From Candidatus Saccharimonadota bacterium (GTDB taxonomy: Bacteria > Pseudomonadota > Gammaproteobacteria > Enterobacterales > Enterobacteriaceae): 32,000 nt of DNA. Position numbers and translations under genes: made by a program. The DNA lies in assembly GCF_964059045.1 (NCBI RefSeq), contig NZ_OZ060402.1, positions 450,001 through 482,000 on the forward strand, in the 5' to 3' direction. The notes beneath the pieces were generated by a model that had not been told where the DNA came from, did no database searches, and saw nothing but the letters and a program-made list of their open reading frames with translations. How positions within the stretch are numbered: position 1 is the first letter of the stretch; each line of letters opens with the position of its first letter. This document shows, in pieces, positions 19,801 to 28,494 of the stretch.

Positions 19801-20381
19801 ATAATTTCAATATAAATTTAGAACCATTACTATCATCTTGGATATACAATATTTTTCATACAATATTAGACAATAAAAATTTTTCTTTATCTCATTTAAA
19901 AAAAAACGAATATATAAAAGAATTAGAATTTTTATTACCTATTCAAAAAACATTAAACTCTAGTCAATTAAATTATATTACAAAAAAAAATGATCCAATA
20001 TCAATTGCATCTCCTAATTTAACATTTAACAATAAAAAAGGCATGATTAATGGATTCATTGATTTAATATTTTATCTCAATAAAAAATATTATATATTAG
20101 ACTACAAATCTAACTGGCTAGGTGAAAATAATAAATACTATTCATCATTAAATATAAAAAATGAAATGATTAAACATCGATATGATTTACAATATCAAAT
20201 ATATTCTATAGCTTTGCATAGATATTTAAAACAAAGAATTAAAAATTATACATTTAAAAATTATTTTGGGGGTATTTTTTATTTTTTTATCAGAGCTGCT
20301 GATGGAAGTAATAAAAATAATGGGATTTTTTATCAAGCTATACCAAAAAATTTAATTCAAAAATTAAATCAAATAATATAA
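16881..20381 (+). CDS. recB: Exodeoxyribonuclease V beta subunit RecB (helicase-nuclease)
   Basis: 1166 aa. Helicase motifs are present: Walker A IEASAGTGKTFTI, AFIDEFQDTN, IGDPKQAIYSF.GADIF, TNFRS and IHASKGLEF. The nuclease motif GFIDLIF....KYYILDYKSNWLG and RYDLQYQIYS.ALHRYL are intact. Confidence 0.95.
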   Translation: MNSQSSPINVFNFNFNQNTLIEASAGTGKTFTIVILYLRLLLGLVNINHVSSKLSIEKILIVTFTQTAKEEIKDRIKKYIHDLKIACIEKNTKIFILQKIMKEIKNFKKAIMILSQAEKKIDLAAIYTIHGFCHKILKTHYFYSKLLIHDHFIENNYKIYLKATNIFWKKHCHLLPYEISKIIYQEWLNEEKLLKIIYPLFKFSSIKLNTNILKNTNIILFHKNLIIKIKKFKILWLKNIIQINNFFHNLKINLYIYNKTNLNRWINIINKWSNNSTENYIVPSVLNYFNYITIKTNILNKNEKIPIFFKKIQYFLKINFSIKEIIIVNALQKIPEIIQKEKNKKLFYEHNDLIIFLNKFLKNKNIINNIQKQYPIAFIDEFQDTNLEQYKIFKTIYHQSKKSNLVIIGDPKQAIYSFQGADIFAYIKAKNETKKHYYLTTNFRSSKNMVLSVNMLFSRMNNPFIFNQILFQPLLSNTENQNINFTINGLLQPALNLVIEPTINKKKYPYWTARQCAVNIFNWINYSKTNLSNIQIHKKIHKVTEEDIVILVRNKNESKIIQLELDKININSIYISNKNCIYDIPEAIEILYILISLLDLRNEQAFINAFSTSIMQKTIQEIKNVQYIHKYRSIWIKKFYIYLSIWNKNGIYAMLKKITEEQKTSLTQKCLKKTKSTINNILHIGELLQTKEIENVDKYNLIQWFKKKIKNKKEIISKEEILRHHNIKNAIKIINIHASKGLEFFIVWIPFAINYIKSQYPIYHDQNHNLIYDLKNKNNSIKNAEKERIAEDIRLLYVAITRSIVHCCIGIETSKIKIKKNTNTTDIHCSAIGYILQLGKKLNKQQFDTIINNLKKETWIKITTKEQYLQKQYKNNHININNHIPEKKYNINKIWTITNYTQLKKENEIILNTKNQNIIDIKFKKNKILKNDLYNNHNFIKGSLSGQLLHNILKKTNFSENMQSETICKQLKKYNFNINLEPLLSSWIYNIFHTILDNKNFSLSHLKKNEYIKELEFLLPIQKTLNSSQLNYITKKNDPISIASPNLTFNNKKGMINGFIDLIFYLNKKYYILDYKSNWLGENNKYYSSLNIKNEMIKHRYDLQYQIYSIALHRYLKQRIKNYTFKNYFGGIFYFFIRAADGSNKNNGIFYQAIPKNLIQKLNQII

Positions 20382-20409
20382 TTATATTATAAAAATAATG
20401 ATAATATCT

Positions 20410-22238
20410 ATGAATATAAAAAATATATTAATATTGACTTTTAAAAAAAAAAAATTAGATCTATTGATCTATATTTTGCATTATATATTGGACAAAAACA
20501 ACATAATTTAATTATACTGGCTGCAGCATTAACAAGTTATGCAATTGGAAATGGTCATATTTGTTTACCAATTAAAATTCTTAAAAAAAATATTCTTAAT
20601 TTAGAACATGTTTTATTATTAAAAAATAAAATATCTAATTTAATTGGACCTGAAAAGTTATGGCATGAAATTTTTTTAAAAAGTGATACTATTGGTAATG
20701 AATTTATAATAAAACCATTAATTTTATATAATAATTGTTTATATTTATATAATACTTGGAAAGCCGAACAATCAATATTAAATTTTTTGTATCAAAAAAA
20801 TAATATATATATTCAAAATCCTATCCAATATAAAAAAATATTAAACAATTTATTTCAAGGTGATAAAAAAAATTTTCAAAAAATAGCTGTTGCTATGGCA
20901 ATGATGCAAAAAAAATTATTTATTATTGGAGGACCTGGTACAGGAAAAACTACTATTATTGCTAAAATTATTATAGCATTAAATAAAATAAATTTAAAAC
21001 CAATTAAAATAAAACTAGCTGCTACCACAGGTCAAGCCGCTTCTCATTTAACGCAATCATTAAACAATACATTATTGCAACATTCATTAAAAAACAATAC
21101 TAAAAATTTAATCTATACAGCTACAACCATTCATAAATTAATAGGAATTAAATCTGATTGTAATCGTGTAAAATTTCATAAAAAAAACACAATAGATGTT
21201 GATACTTTAATTATTGATGAAAGCTCTATGATTGATTTATTTATCATGGAAAAAATAATTCAAGCATTACCAAAAAACGCACAAGTAATTTTTTTTGGAG
21301 ATATAAATCAATTACCAGCAATAGGAAATGGGACAATTTTAAAAGATATTTGTTGTTTTGCTCAAAATAAATTTAATAAAATTTCAAATTTATTAAATTT
21401 AATCACTAATTATAATATAAAAAATAATAAAAATTCTAATTTTATTAATGATCATGTTTGTATTCTAAAAAAAAATTATAGATTTAACAATAATTCTGGA
21501 ATTCATAAATTATCACTATCTTTAATGAATCAAGATCAAAAAATATTTTTAAAAATAAAAAATAATTATTTTAAAAATGTCAAAATATATACAATTAATT
21601 CTCAAAAAAAATATATATATATGTTAAACAATATTATTAAACAATATTCTATTTATTGGGAAAAAATTTTTAATCAGGAACCAATTAAAAAAATAATTAA
21701 AACTTTTTATGAATATAGATTAATAGGTGCAATACGTCATGGTATATTTGGAATTGAAGATATCAATAAAAACATAGAAAAAAAAATGCAAAAAGAAGGA
21801 TTTATTCAATATAAAATTAAAAATAATTATATAGATTACTTAGGAAAACCTATTATCATTACTAAAAATAATAAAATGTTAGGATTATTAAATGGAGATA
21901 TTGGTATTATGCTCTATAATCATAACAATTTAGAAGCATGTTTTTTGTCAAACAATGATAAAATTAAAAAAATACCAATAAATATTCTGCCAGAATATGA
22001 AACAGCCTGGGCTATGACAATACATAAGTCCCAAGGTTCAGAATTCCTACATACTGCATTAATTTTACCTAATATTATGAATTTATTATTAACAAAAGAA
22101 TTACTCTATACTGGAATTACTAGATCTAAAAAAACATTAATCATATATTCTGAAAAAAAAATATTATTACAAACCATGAAACAAAAAACGAAACGTTTTT
22201 CTCAAATTTCTAATAATATATTAAAATATCAATCATAA
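20410..22238 (+). pseudogene. recD: Exodeoxyribonuclease V alpha subunit RecD, split by a frameshift inside an A12 run (20443-20454) and possibly still expressed via slippage
   Basis: ATG 20410 opens a 33-codon ORF (MNIKNILILTFKKKK...) that stops at 20509-20511. From the A-run onward, the frame with codons starting at multiples of 3 is open to TAA 22236-22238. It reads IRSIDLYFALYIGQKQHNLIILAAALTSYAIGNGHICLP...GGPGTGKTT...IIDESSMIDL...TIHKSQGSEF. With one extra A the N-terminus aligns without gaps to E. coli RecD (R17, D20, F23-A24-L25 coincide). The total is about 609 aa against 608. The ORF-track start (TTG 20787) is an internal Leu codon. Confidence 0.9.
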
Positions 22239-22247
22239 TATTCAAAA

Positions 22248-22294
22248 AATTTTAAATTATTTAAAAATTAAAAAATTTTAAATAATTTAAAATT
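22248..22294. terminator. 19-bp perfect A/T-only inverted repeat between convergent recD and argA; candidate bidirectional terminator hairpin
   Basis: 22248-22266 pairs perfectly with 22276-22294, with the 9-nt loop ATTAAAAAA at 22267-22275. I verified this base by base. It occupies nearly the whole 60-bp gap between the recD stop (22238) and the argA stop (22299). There are no G-C pairs, so stability and function are uncertain. Confidence 0.35.
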
Positions 22295-22298
22295 AAAA

Positions 22299-23630
22299 TT
22301 AATTTATAATATCTAACATTAATATTTTAGATTTTCTTTGATAATTGTACATTTTTTTCTTACTTTCTGGTAATAAATTTAAATCAATTGGAATAAAACC
22401 TCTTTCTTGAAACCAATGAATACTTTGAATAGTTAAAACAAAAATTTTTATTAAACCTAATATTTGAGCACGATATATTATTTTTTTAAGTAAAATATCT
22501 CCTCTAGAAGAACTTCTATAATCTGGATGAACAACTAAACATGCCATTTCTCCAATTTTATCTTCCATAAAAGGATATAATGCAGCACAACCAATCGTTA
22601 AATTATCCTGTTTAATAATAGTAAATTTATTAATTTCAATTTCTAATTGTTTTCTTGAACGACGAACTAAAATACCTTGTTTTTCTAAAGGACGAATTAA
22701 ATCTACAATACCTCTAATATCATGTATAGTAGCTAACCTTACCTGTTCGGTAGATTCCATCACAATTTGCGTTCCAATACCATCTCTTGAAAATAATTCT
22801 TGTACTAAAGCACCATTAGTTTTATAACTAATTAAATGACTACGTCGAACCCCTTGTTTACAAGCTTCGATTGAACCACGTAAAAACTTTACTGTACTAG
22901 AAAAAAAATCTTGTTTTTTTTTTAATAATTCTAATATTTTTATGACTTCATTAGGAAATAATTCAGAAATAATAACATTATTTTTATCTAAAACCCCTTG
23001 TTCACTACAAAAACCAATCATTTTTTCTGCTTGCAATTGTATGGCTAATTGTGTCGCAATTTCTTCAGAAGTTAAATTAAAACTTTCCCCTGTCACTGAT
23101 GATGCTATTGGACCAATTAAGACAATCGAACGATTTTTTAATTGACTAAATATAGTTTTTTTATCAATTCTTCTTACACGACCACTATGACAATAATCAA
23201 CACCATTATCAATACCCAATGGTTGAGCAATTATAAAATTACCACTAACAACATTAATACGAGCACCTTGCAAAGGAGTATTGCTAAGACTCATAGATAA
23301 TCTAGCTGTAATTTCTAATTGTAATCTACCTGCTTCTTGTTTAATACATTTCAGAGTATCAATATCAGTCACACGTGTATATTTATGATATACTGATTTC
23401 ATATTAAATTGAGATAAATTAGCGTTAATTTGTGGTAAAGCACCATAAACAACAATTAAATTAATACCTAAACTATGCAACAATCCAATATCATTTATAA
23501 TTTCTGTAAAATTTTCATGGTTAATGACTTCTCCTCCTAACATAATTACAAATATTTTTCCTCTATGAGCATTAATATATGGAACTATATGTCGAAAACC
23601 ATTTACTAATTCTGTACTTCTATTTTTCAT
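22299..23630 (-). CDS. argA: N-acetylglutamate synthase (amino-acid acetyltransferase)
   Basis: 443 aa, the same length as E. coli Arg[126 protein letters not shown] and [10 protein letters not shown] are near-identical. It is convergent with recD as in E. coli. Confidence 0.97.
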   Translation of the reverse strand: MKNRSTELVNGFRHIVPYINAHRGKIFVIMLGGEVINHENFTEIINDIGLLHSLGINLIVVYGALPQINANLSQFNMKSVYHKYTRVTDIDTLKCIKQEAGRLQLEITARLSMSLSNTPLQGARINVVSGNFIIAQPLGIDNGVDYCHSGRVRRIDKKTIFSQLKNRSIVLIGPIASSVTGESFNLTSEEIATQLAIQLQAEKMIGFCSEQGVLDKNNVIISELFPNEVIKILELLKKKQDFFSSTVKFLRGSIEACKQGVRRSHLISYKTNGALVQELFSRDGIGTQIVMESTEQVRLATIHDIRGIVDLIRPLEKQGILVRRSRKQLEIEINKFTIIKQDNLTIGCAALYPFMEDKIGEMACLVVHPDYRSSSRGDILLKKIIYRAQILGLIKIFVLTIQSIHWFQERGFIPIDLNLLPESKKKMYNYQRKSKILMLDIIN

Positions 23631-23845
23631 AAAAATACCTATATTTACAATTTAAAACAAATACGTATCTATGAAATAAAAATAAATTAAAAATAATTTT
23701 TTAATATTATTTAAATTCATATTAAAAATTAAATATAATTTTATAAATTATTATGAACGATTAAAAGAAATAATTTTATGGACTGTTATTTATTAAAAAT
23801 GAAGAAAAATTGAAAAGAGATATTATTTTTTAATATTTTTAAATT

Positions 23846-23922
<77 letters not shown>

Positions 23923-24171
23923 ATATATATATACTATATAATATTTATTAATGCAATAAATATTTTATATTTAAATCATTTTTATTGAAAAATTAAATAA
24001 TGATGCATTTAAATTACTATTTTTGTCATCCATTATAAAAATATATGTGTATATATTTATAATAAAAAATAGTAATATAGTAAATATATATTTTTTAAAA
24101 AACAAATTTAATGAATTAAAATATATATTAATATATATTCTCTAATATTAATTTTAAAAAAAAGAGATCAA

Positions 24172-24642
24172 ATGAAAATTATACAAGCAGGAATTACAGT
24201 TAATAATGAATCTATTGCTATAATTATATCTAGATTTAATGATTTTATTAATAAAAATTTACTATCTGCTGCAATTGATACATTACATAGAATAGGCAAA
24301 ATAAAAAAAGATAAAATAAAAATATTTCAAGTACCTGGATCATACGAAATACCAATCATTGCTAAAAATATAGCTGATACTAATAATTATAGTGCAATAA
24401 TTACTTTAGGTACTATTATAAAAGGAAATACATCACATTTTGAATATATTGCAAAAGCAATCACAAATGGTTTAATGAAAATTAGCATTGAAAATGTTAT
24501 TCCTATTACATATGGAATATTAATTACCAATACTATTGAACAAGCCATTGAAAGAGCTGGGACAAAAATGGGAAATAAAGGCTATGAAGCAGCACTATGT
24601 GCATTAGAAATGATTAATCTTATAAAAATAATTAAACAATAA
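24172..24642 (+). CDS. ribH: 6,7-dimethyl-8-ribityllumazine synthase
   Basis: 156 aa, the same length as E. coli RibE/RibH. IAI.I.RFN.FIN..LL..AID.L.RIG, VPG.YE.P, LGT.I.G.T.HFEY.A and IEQAIERAGTK.GNKG.EAAL.ALEMIN are conserved. Confidence 0.95.
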   Translation: MKIIQAGITVNNESIAIIISRFNDFINKNLLSAAIDTLHRIGKIKKDKIKIFQVPGSYEIPIIAKNIADTNNYSAIITLGTIIKGNTSHFEYIAKAITNGLMKISIENVIPITYGILITNTIEQAIERAGTKMGNKGYEAALCALEMINLIKIIKQ

Positions 24643-25105
24643 CATAATAATTATAAAATATTTGTCATCAAAATATTATTTCATGTGTATCATCACTACA
24701 CAATAATTATATTTTTATATCAATCATACAGATTATTTTAATAATCAATATATAAAAAAAAATAATTTATCTTTCATTTTAAATATTTAAAAAACTTTTT
24801 TAAAATTAGTAATAATAAATTTTTTGATTACAGATATTAATATTAAATATATTAATTATCTTTTTATTCAATATAATAAATTATTTCATTTTAAAAAAAA
24901 TAATATTTAAATTAATGTCAAAAAATATATGAAAAAATTTTTTAATTTTTATATTTCAACATCGATGTATAATTAGGACTAAATAATTCATATATATAAA
25001 ATATTTTTAATATAAAAATAATTTTTTAAATAAAAAAAAATAATACATTGTATTATTTTAAAGTAATATATTAAGATTATTAATATTTTTACAAAAGAGA
25101 TAATT

Positions 25106-26218
25106 ATGAATGATATTTTTTATATGAAAGAAGCACTCAAATTAGCTGAAAAAGGAAAATTAACGACTGCTCCTAATCCAAACGTAGGATGTATTATTGT
25201 AAAAAACAAAAAAATAATAGGAATGGGATGGCATAAAAAACCTGGTGATTTACATGCAGAAATTATTGCTATAAATATGGCAAAAGAAAATACATTCGGA
25301 TCCACAGCATATGTAACATTAGAACCATGTAATCATTATGGAAAAACTCCACCATGTTGTCAAAAGTTATTAACTTCTGGTATTCAAAGAATTGTAATTG
25401 CTACTATTGATCCAAATCCAAAAGTATCAGGAAAAGGAATAGATTTTTTAAAAAAAAATGGAATTATTATTAATTATGGAATTATGGAAAAAGAAGCAAA
25501 AGAAATTAATAAAAATTTTTTTAAAAGAATGAAAACAGGATTACCCTGGACACAATTAAAGTTAGGTGTTTCTCTTGATGGAAGAATTGCATTAAATAAT
25601 GGAGAAAGTAAATGGATTACATCTCATACTTCAAGAAAAGACGTACATAAATTTCGATCTCAAAATCAAGTTATTTTAAGCAGTAGTAAAACTATTATAA
25701 ATGATAATCCATTACTAAATGTAAGATACAAAAATATTAATGAAAACAAAGAAATGGAAATTATTAATCAACCCATTCGTATTATTATAGATAGTAAAAA
25801 TAAAATTCAACCAAATCATCCAACAATAAAAATGTCAAAAAATAAAATATGGTTAATTAGAATCAAAAAAGATAATCAACAATGGCCAAATCATGTAAAA
25901 CAAATAATTTCATGTCAAATTAAGAAAAAAATTGATTTATTAAAATTATTATTATTAATAGGAAAAAATGAAATTAATTCTGTTTGGATAGAAGCAGGTT
26001 CTTCTTTATCAGGATCATTAATAGAAAAAAATTTAATTGATGAATTAATTTTATACATGTCGCCAAAATTACTAGGTCAAACAGCAAAACCCATGTTTAT
26101 TTTTAAAAAATTTTTAAAAATCAATCAAACAACACAATTTTTATTTCATAAAATAGATCAATTTAATACAGATATTCGTATTATTTTAAGAAAAAATAAA
26201 AATTTTATTGTAAAATAA
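25106..26218 (+). CDS. ribD: Bifunctional riboflavin biosynthesis protein RibD (pyrimidine deaminase / uracil reductase)
   Basis: 370 aa as a single fused ORF. The deaminase zinc motifs HAE and PCxxxxxxPPCC (YVTLEPCNHYGKTPPCC) are present. NPNVGC, the reductase part LKLG.SLDGR.A...GES.WITS and S.WIEAG..L.G.L are also conserved. Confidence 0.95.
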   Translation: MNDIFYMKEALKLAEKGKLTTAPNPNVGCIIVKNKKIIGMGWHKKPGDLHAEIIAINMAKENTFGSTAYVTLEPCNHYGKTPPCCQKLLTSGIQRIVIATIDPNPKVSGKGIDFLKKNGIIINYGIMEKEAKEINKNFFKRMKTGLPWTQLKLGVSLDGRIALNNGESKWITSHTSRKDVHKFRSQNQVILSSSKTIINDNPLLNVRYKNINENKEMEIINQPIRIIIDSKNKIQPNHPTIKMSKNKIWLIRIKKDNQQWPNHVKQIISCQIKKKIDLLKLLLLIGKNEINSVWIEAGSSLSGSLIEKNLIDELILYMSPKLLGQTAKPMFIFKKFLKINQTTQFLFHKIDQFNTDIRIILRKNKNFIVK

Positions 26219-26320
26219 AAATATTGATTTATTTATTTATAAAAATATTATATATTTTATATAATCATCTATTTTTGTAAAAAAATTATTAATATTGATT
26301 TTTAATATATCAGGAAAAAC

Positions 26321-26761
26321 ATGAAACCATTATTCCGTAGAAAAGCACGTGAAAAAGCTATACAAGCATTATACGCTTGGCAAACTTCAGGAAATAGTAT
26401 CAAAAAAATTGCATCGCAATTTTTAGAAGATCAAAATATGAATAATGTTGATTTAGAATATTTTAATAATTTGATTACAGGTGTATCAACAGATTATAAA
26501 TATATAGATAATACAATTGAACCATATCTATCAAGAACACCCAATCAACTAGATCCAATTGAAAAAACTATACTTAGGATTGCTTTTTATGAATTATTAA
26601 AAAGAAAAGATATTCCTTATAAAGTATCTATTAATGAAAGTATTGAATTAGCCAAAATTTTTGGATCTAAAGATAGTCATAAATTTATTAATGGTGTTCT
26701 AGATAAGGCAGCAATTAAAATTAGATCTAATTTTAATAATTCAAAAACAAAAATTTTATAA
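26321..26761 (+). CDS. nusB: Transcription antitermination factor NusB
   Basis: 146 aa. [48 protein letters not shown] match E. coli NusB. An AGGA Shine-Dalgarno sequence lies upstream. Confidence 0.95.
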   Translation: MKPLFRRKAREKAIQALYAWQTSGNSIKKIASQFLEDQNMNNVDLEYFNNLITGVSTDYKYIDNTIEPYLSRTPNQLDPIEKTILRIAFYELLKRKDIPYKVSINESIELAKIFGSKDSHKFINGVLDKAAIKIRSNFNNSKTKIL

Positions 26762-27052
26762 TAAAAATATATTAATATATCAAAATTGTTTTTAAAAAAT
26801 ATATCAATATAATTCATTCATATTAAAAAAATTTTTTAAATACCAATAAAAAATTTTTTATAAAATATACTATATAGGAATGAATATAAAAAATAATTTA
26901 TTTTAAATAATTTAATTCATTTTGAAATCAAAATATAAATTTAACATAAAATTAATATTTCTTGATAGATAAAAAATTAAAATGCTATTGTTAAAAATAA
27001 ATAAAAAATTATTCATGAATATAAGTTAAAAAAATTAATTTTAAAATAGTTA

Positions 27053-28243
27053 TTATATTAAATAATTTTTTATACAATATGTAAAAATTAAGATTAACCA
27101 TAAAAAACATAATCCGATAATAATGTATAAAATCATATTCAGACCATAAAGATATAATACCCAACCACCAATTCCTCCTCCTATAGCTGAACCAATAAAC
27201 TGACTTGTAGAATATATACCCATAATTAAACCTTTAGACTGACTAGAAATAATTTTACTTAAAGTAGAAGGAATAAAAGATTCTAAAAAAACAAATGCTA
27301 TAAAAAAAAATTGTATAGATAAAAATAACAAAATAATACTATTATAAGAAAATAAAAAAATCAATTCAGATATTGTTAATAAAAAAATGAATGAAAACAA
27401 TAAAAATATTTTAGAAAATTTCTTTTCTAAATAATGAATCATAAAAATAATTAATAAAAAAGAAATCAAAATAGTTAAAAAATAGATTTTCCAATGATCA
27501 GATAAAACTATACCAAGCAATAATAATTTCTTAGGGAAAATAATAAAATTAAACATTAATATAAAATGCAAACAAAAAATGCTAAAAAATAAAATGTATG
27601 TATCAAAATTTAAATTACTTTTAATAGAATCAAAAATATTTTTTCTTAATATGATTTTTTTAATATTTAAATTTAAAGTTGAAGGAAAAAATAACAAAAC
27701 AATTAATATAAAAAAAATAATTAATATTGAAATAAAAAAAAATAATTTTCGAAAACCATAATGATTTAAAATAAATGGTCCTAAGATAATTGATAAAGCA
27801 AAAGAAAAACCTAAAAATATACCTAAAAAAAATATTACTTGTGTTCTATTTTTTTCTTCAGTGATTTCTGATAAATATGCCATAATTGTTGAAGAAATAG
27901 CACCTAATCCTTGTAAAAAACGACTAAAAATAAATTGCTCAATAGAATTACTCATAGCTGCACAAAGACTACCTAATAAAAACAAAAACAAACACAATAT
28001 AATAACTAATTTTCGTCCTATAAAATCAGATAAAATACCTAATGGAATTTGAAATAAAGCTTGAAATAATCCATATATACCTACTGCAATACCTATCAAA
28101 AACGTATTAGCATGTTCCAAATTTAATCCAGTAATAAATATAACTGGAAGTATCATGAACATTGAAAATATTCTTAAAGCAAAAATCATATATAATATAA
28201 CAATAATATATAATTTATGTATTGCTACTTTATTTTTATTCAT
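27053..28243 (-). CDS. yajR: Major facilitator superfamily transporter, YajR-like
   Basis: 396 aa and highly hydrophobic, with about 12 predicted TM stretches. LR.....FM.LPV, LIGIA.GIYGL.QA.FQIP.G.LSD.IGRK (MFS motif A), FLQG.GAI, EHW/DHWK.Y and GMG.YSTSQF.G.AIGG..GGW are colinear with E. coli YajR. Confidence 0.8.
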   Translation of the reverse strand: MNKNKVAIHKLYIIVILYMIFALRIFSMFMILPVIFITGLNLEHANTFLIGIAVGIYGLFQALFQIPLGILSDFIGRKLVIILCLFLFLLGSLCAAMSNSIEQFIFSRFLQGLGAISSTIMAYLSEITEEKNRTQVIFFLGIFLGFSFALSIILGPFILNHYGFRKLFFFISILIIFFILIVLLFFPSTLNLNIKKIILRKNIFDSIKSNLNFDTYILFFSIFCLHFILMFNFIIFPKKLLLLGIVLSDHWKIYFLTILISFLLIIFMIHYLEKKFSKIFLLFSFIFLLTISELIFLFSYNSIILLFLSIQFFFIAFVFLESFIPSTLSKIISSQSKGLIMGIYSTSQFIGSAIGGGIGGWVLYLYGLNMILYIIIGLCFLWLILIFTYCIKNYLI

Positions 28244-28494
28244 AAAAAACCTGTTATAATATTTTTATTATTAATATATTCTTAAACATTCAAAATATAT
28301 TAAAAAAATTTAATAAAAATATAATAATATATGATTTATAAAAAATATATTAATTTATTTTATAAAAAATATTTAAAAATATTTAAATTAAAATAATAAT
28401 TTTTAAAATAATTTTTTTTAATATATATATATATAAACAAATTAATCTAATAAATTCAATTTTTATTGAGTTTTTATTAATAAAAAGATAAAAA

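Noticed and set aside
20787-20789. TTG proposed by the ORF track as the recD start
   Set aside because: The same frame is open upstream back to the A12 tract at 20443-20454. It encodes RecD N-terminal sequence (IRSIDLYFALYIG...AAALTSYAIGNGHICLP) homologous to E. coli RecD residues 16-55, so this TTG is an internal Leu codon.
23931-24171. Looked for an FMN (RFN) riboswitch upstream of ribH, and upstream of ribD at 24643-25105
   Set aside because: The RFN element has a conserved GC-containing core, and these spacers are almost pure A/T with nothing resembling it. In E. coli the FMN riboswitch controls ribB, not ribD or ribH.
25298-25306. GGATCCACA, which resembles a DnaA box (TTATCCACA)
   Set aside because: It is a single imperfect copy inside the ribD coding sequence (encoding FGSTA). 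There is no cluster of boxes and no origin context.
26847-26862. A6T6-type palindromes (ATAAAAAATTTTTTAT here; a similar one at 28473-28488 before tusE)
   Set aside because: They are self-complementary by composition (an A-run followed by a T-run) and have no loop. They are common in AT-rich spacers and are not evidence of a specific site.
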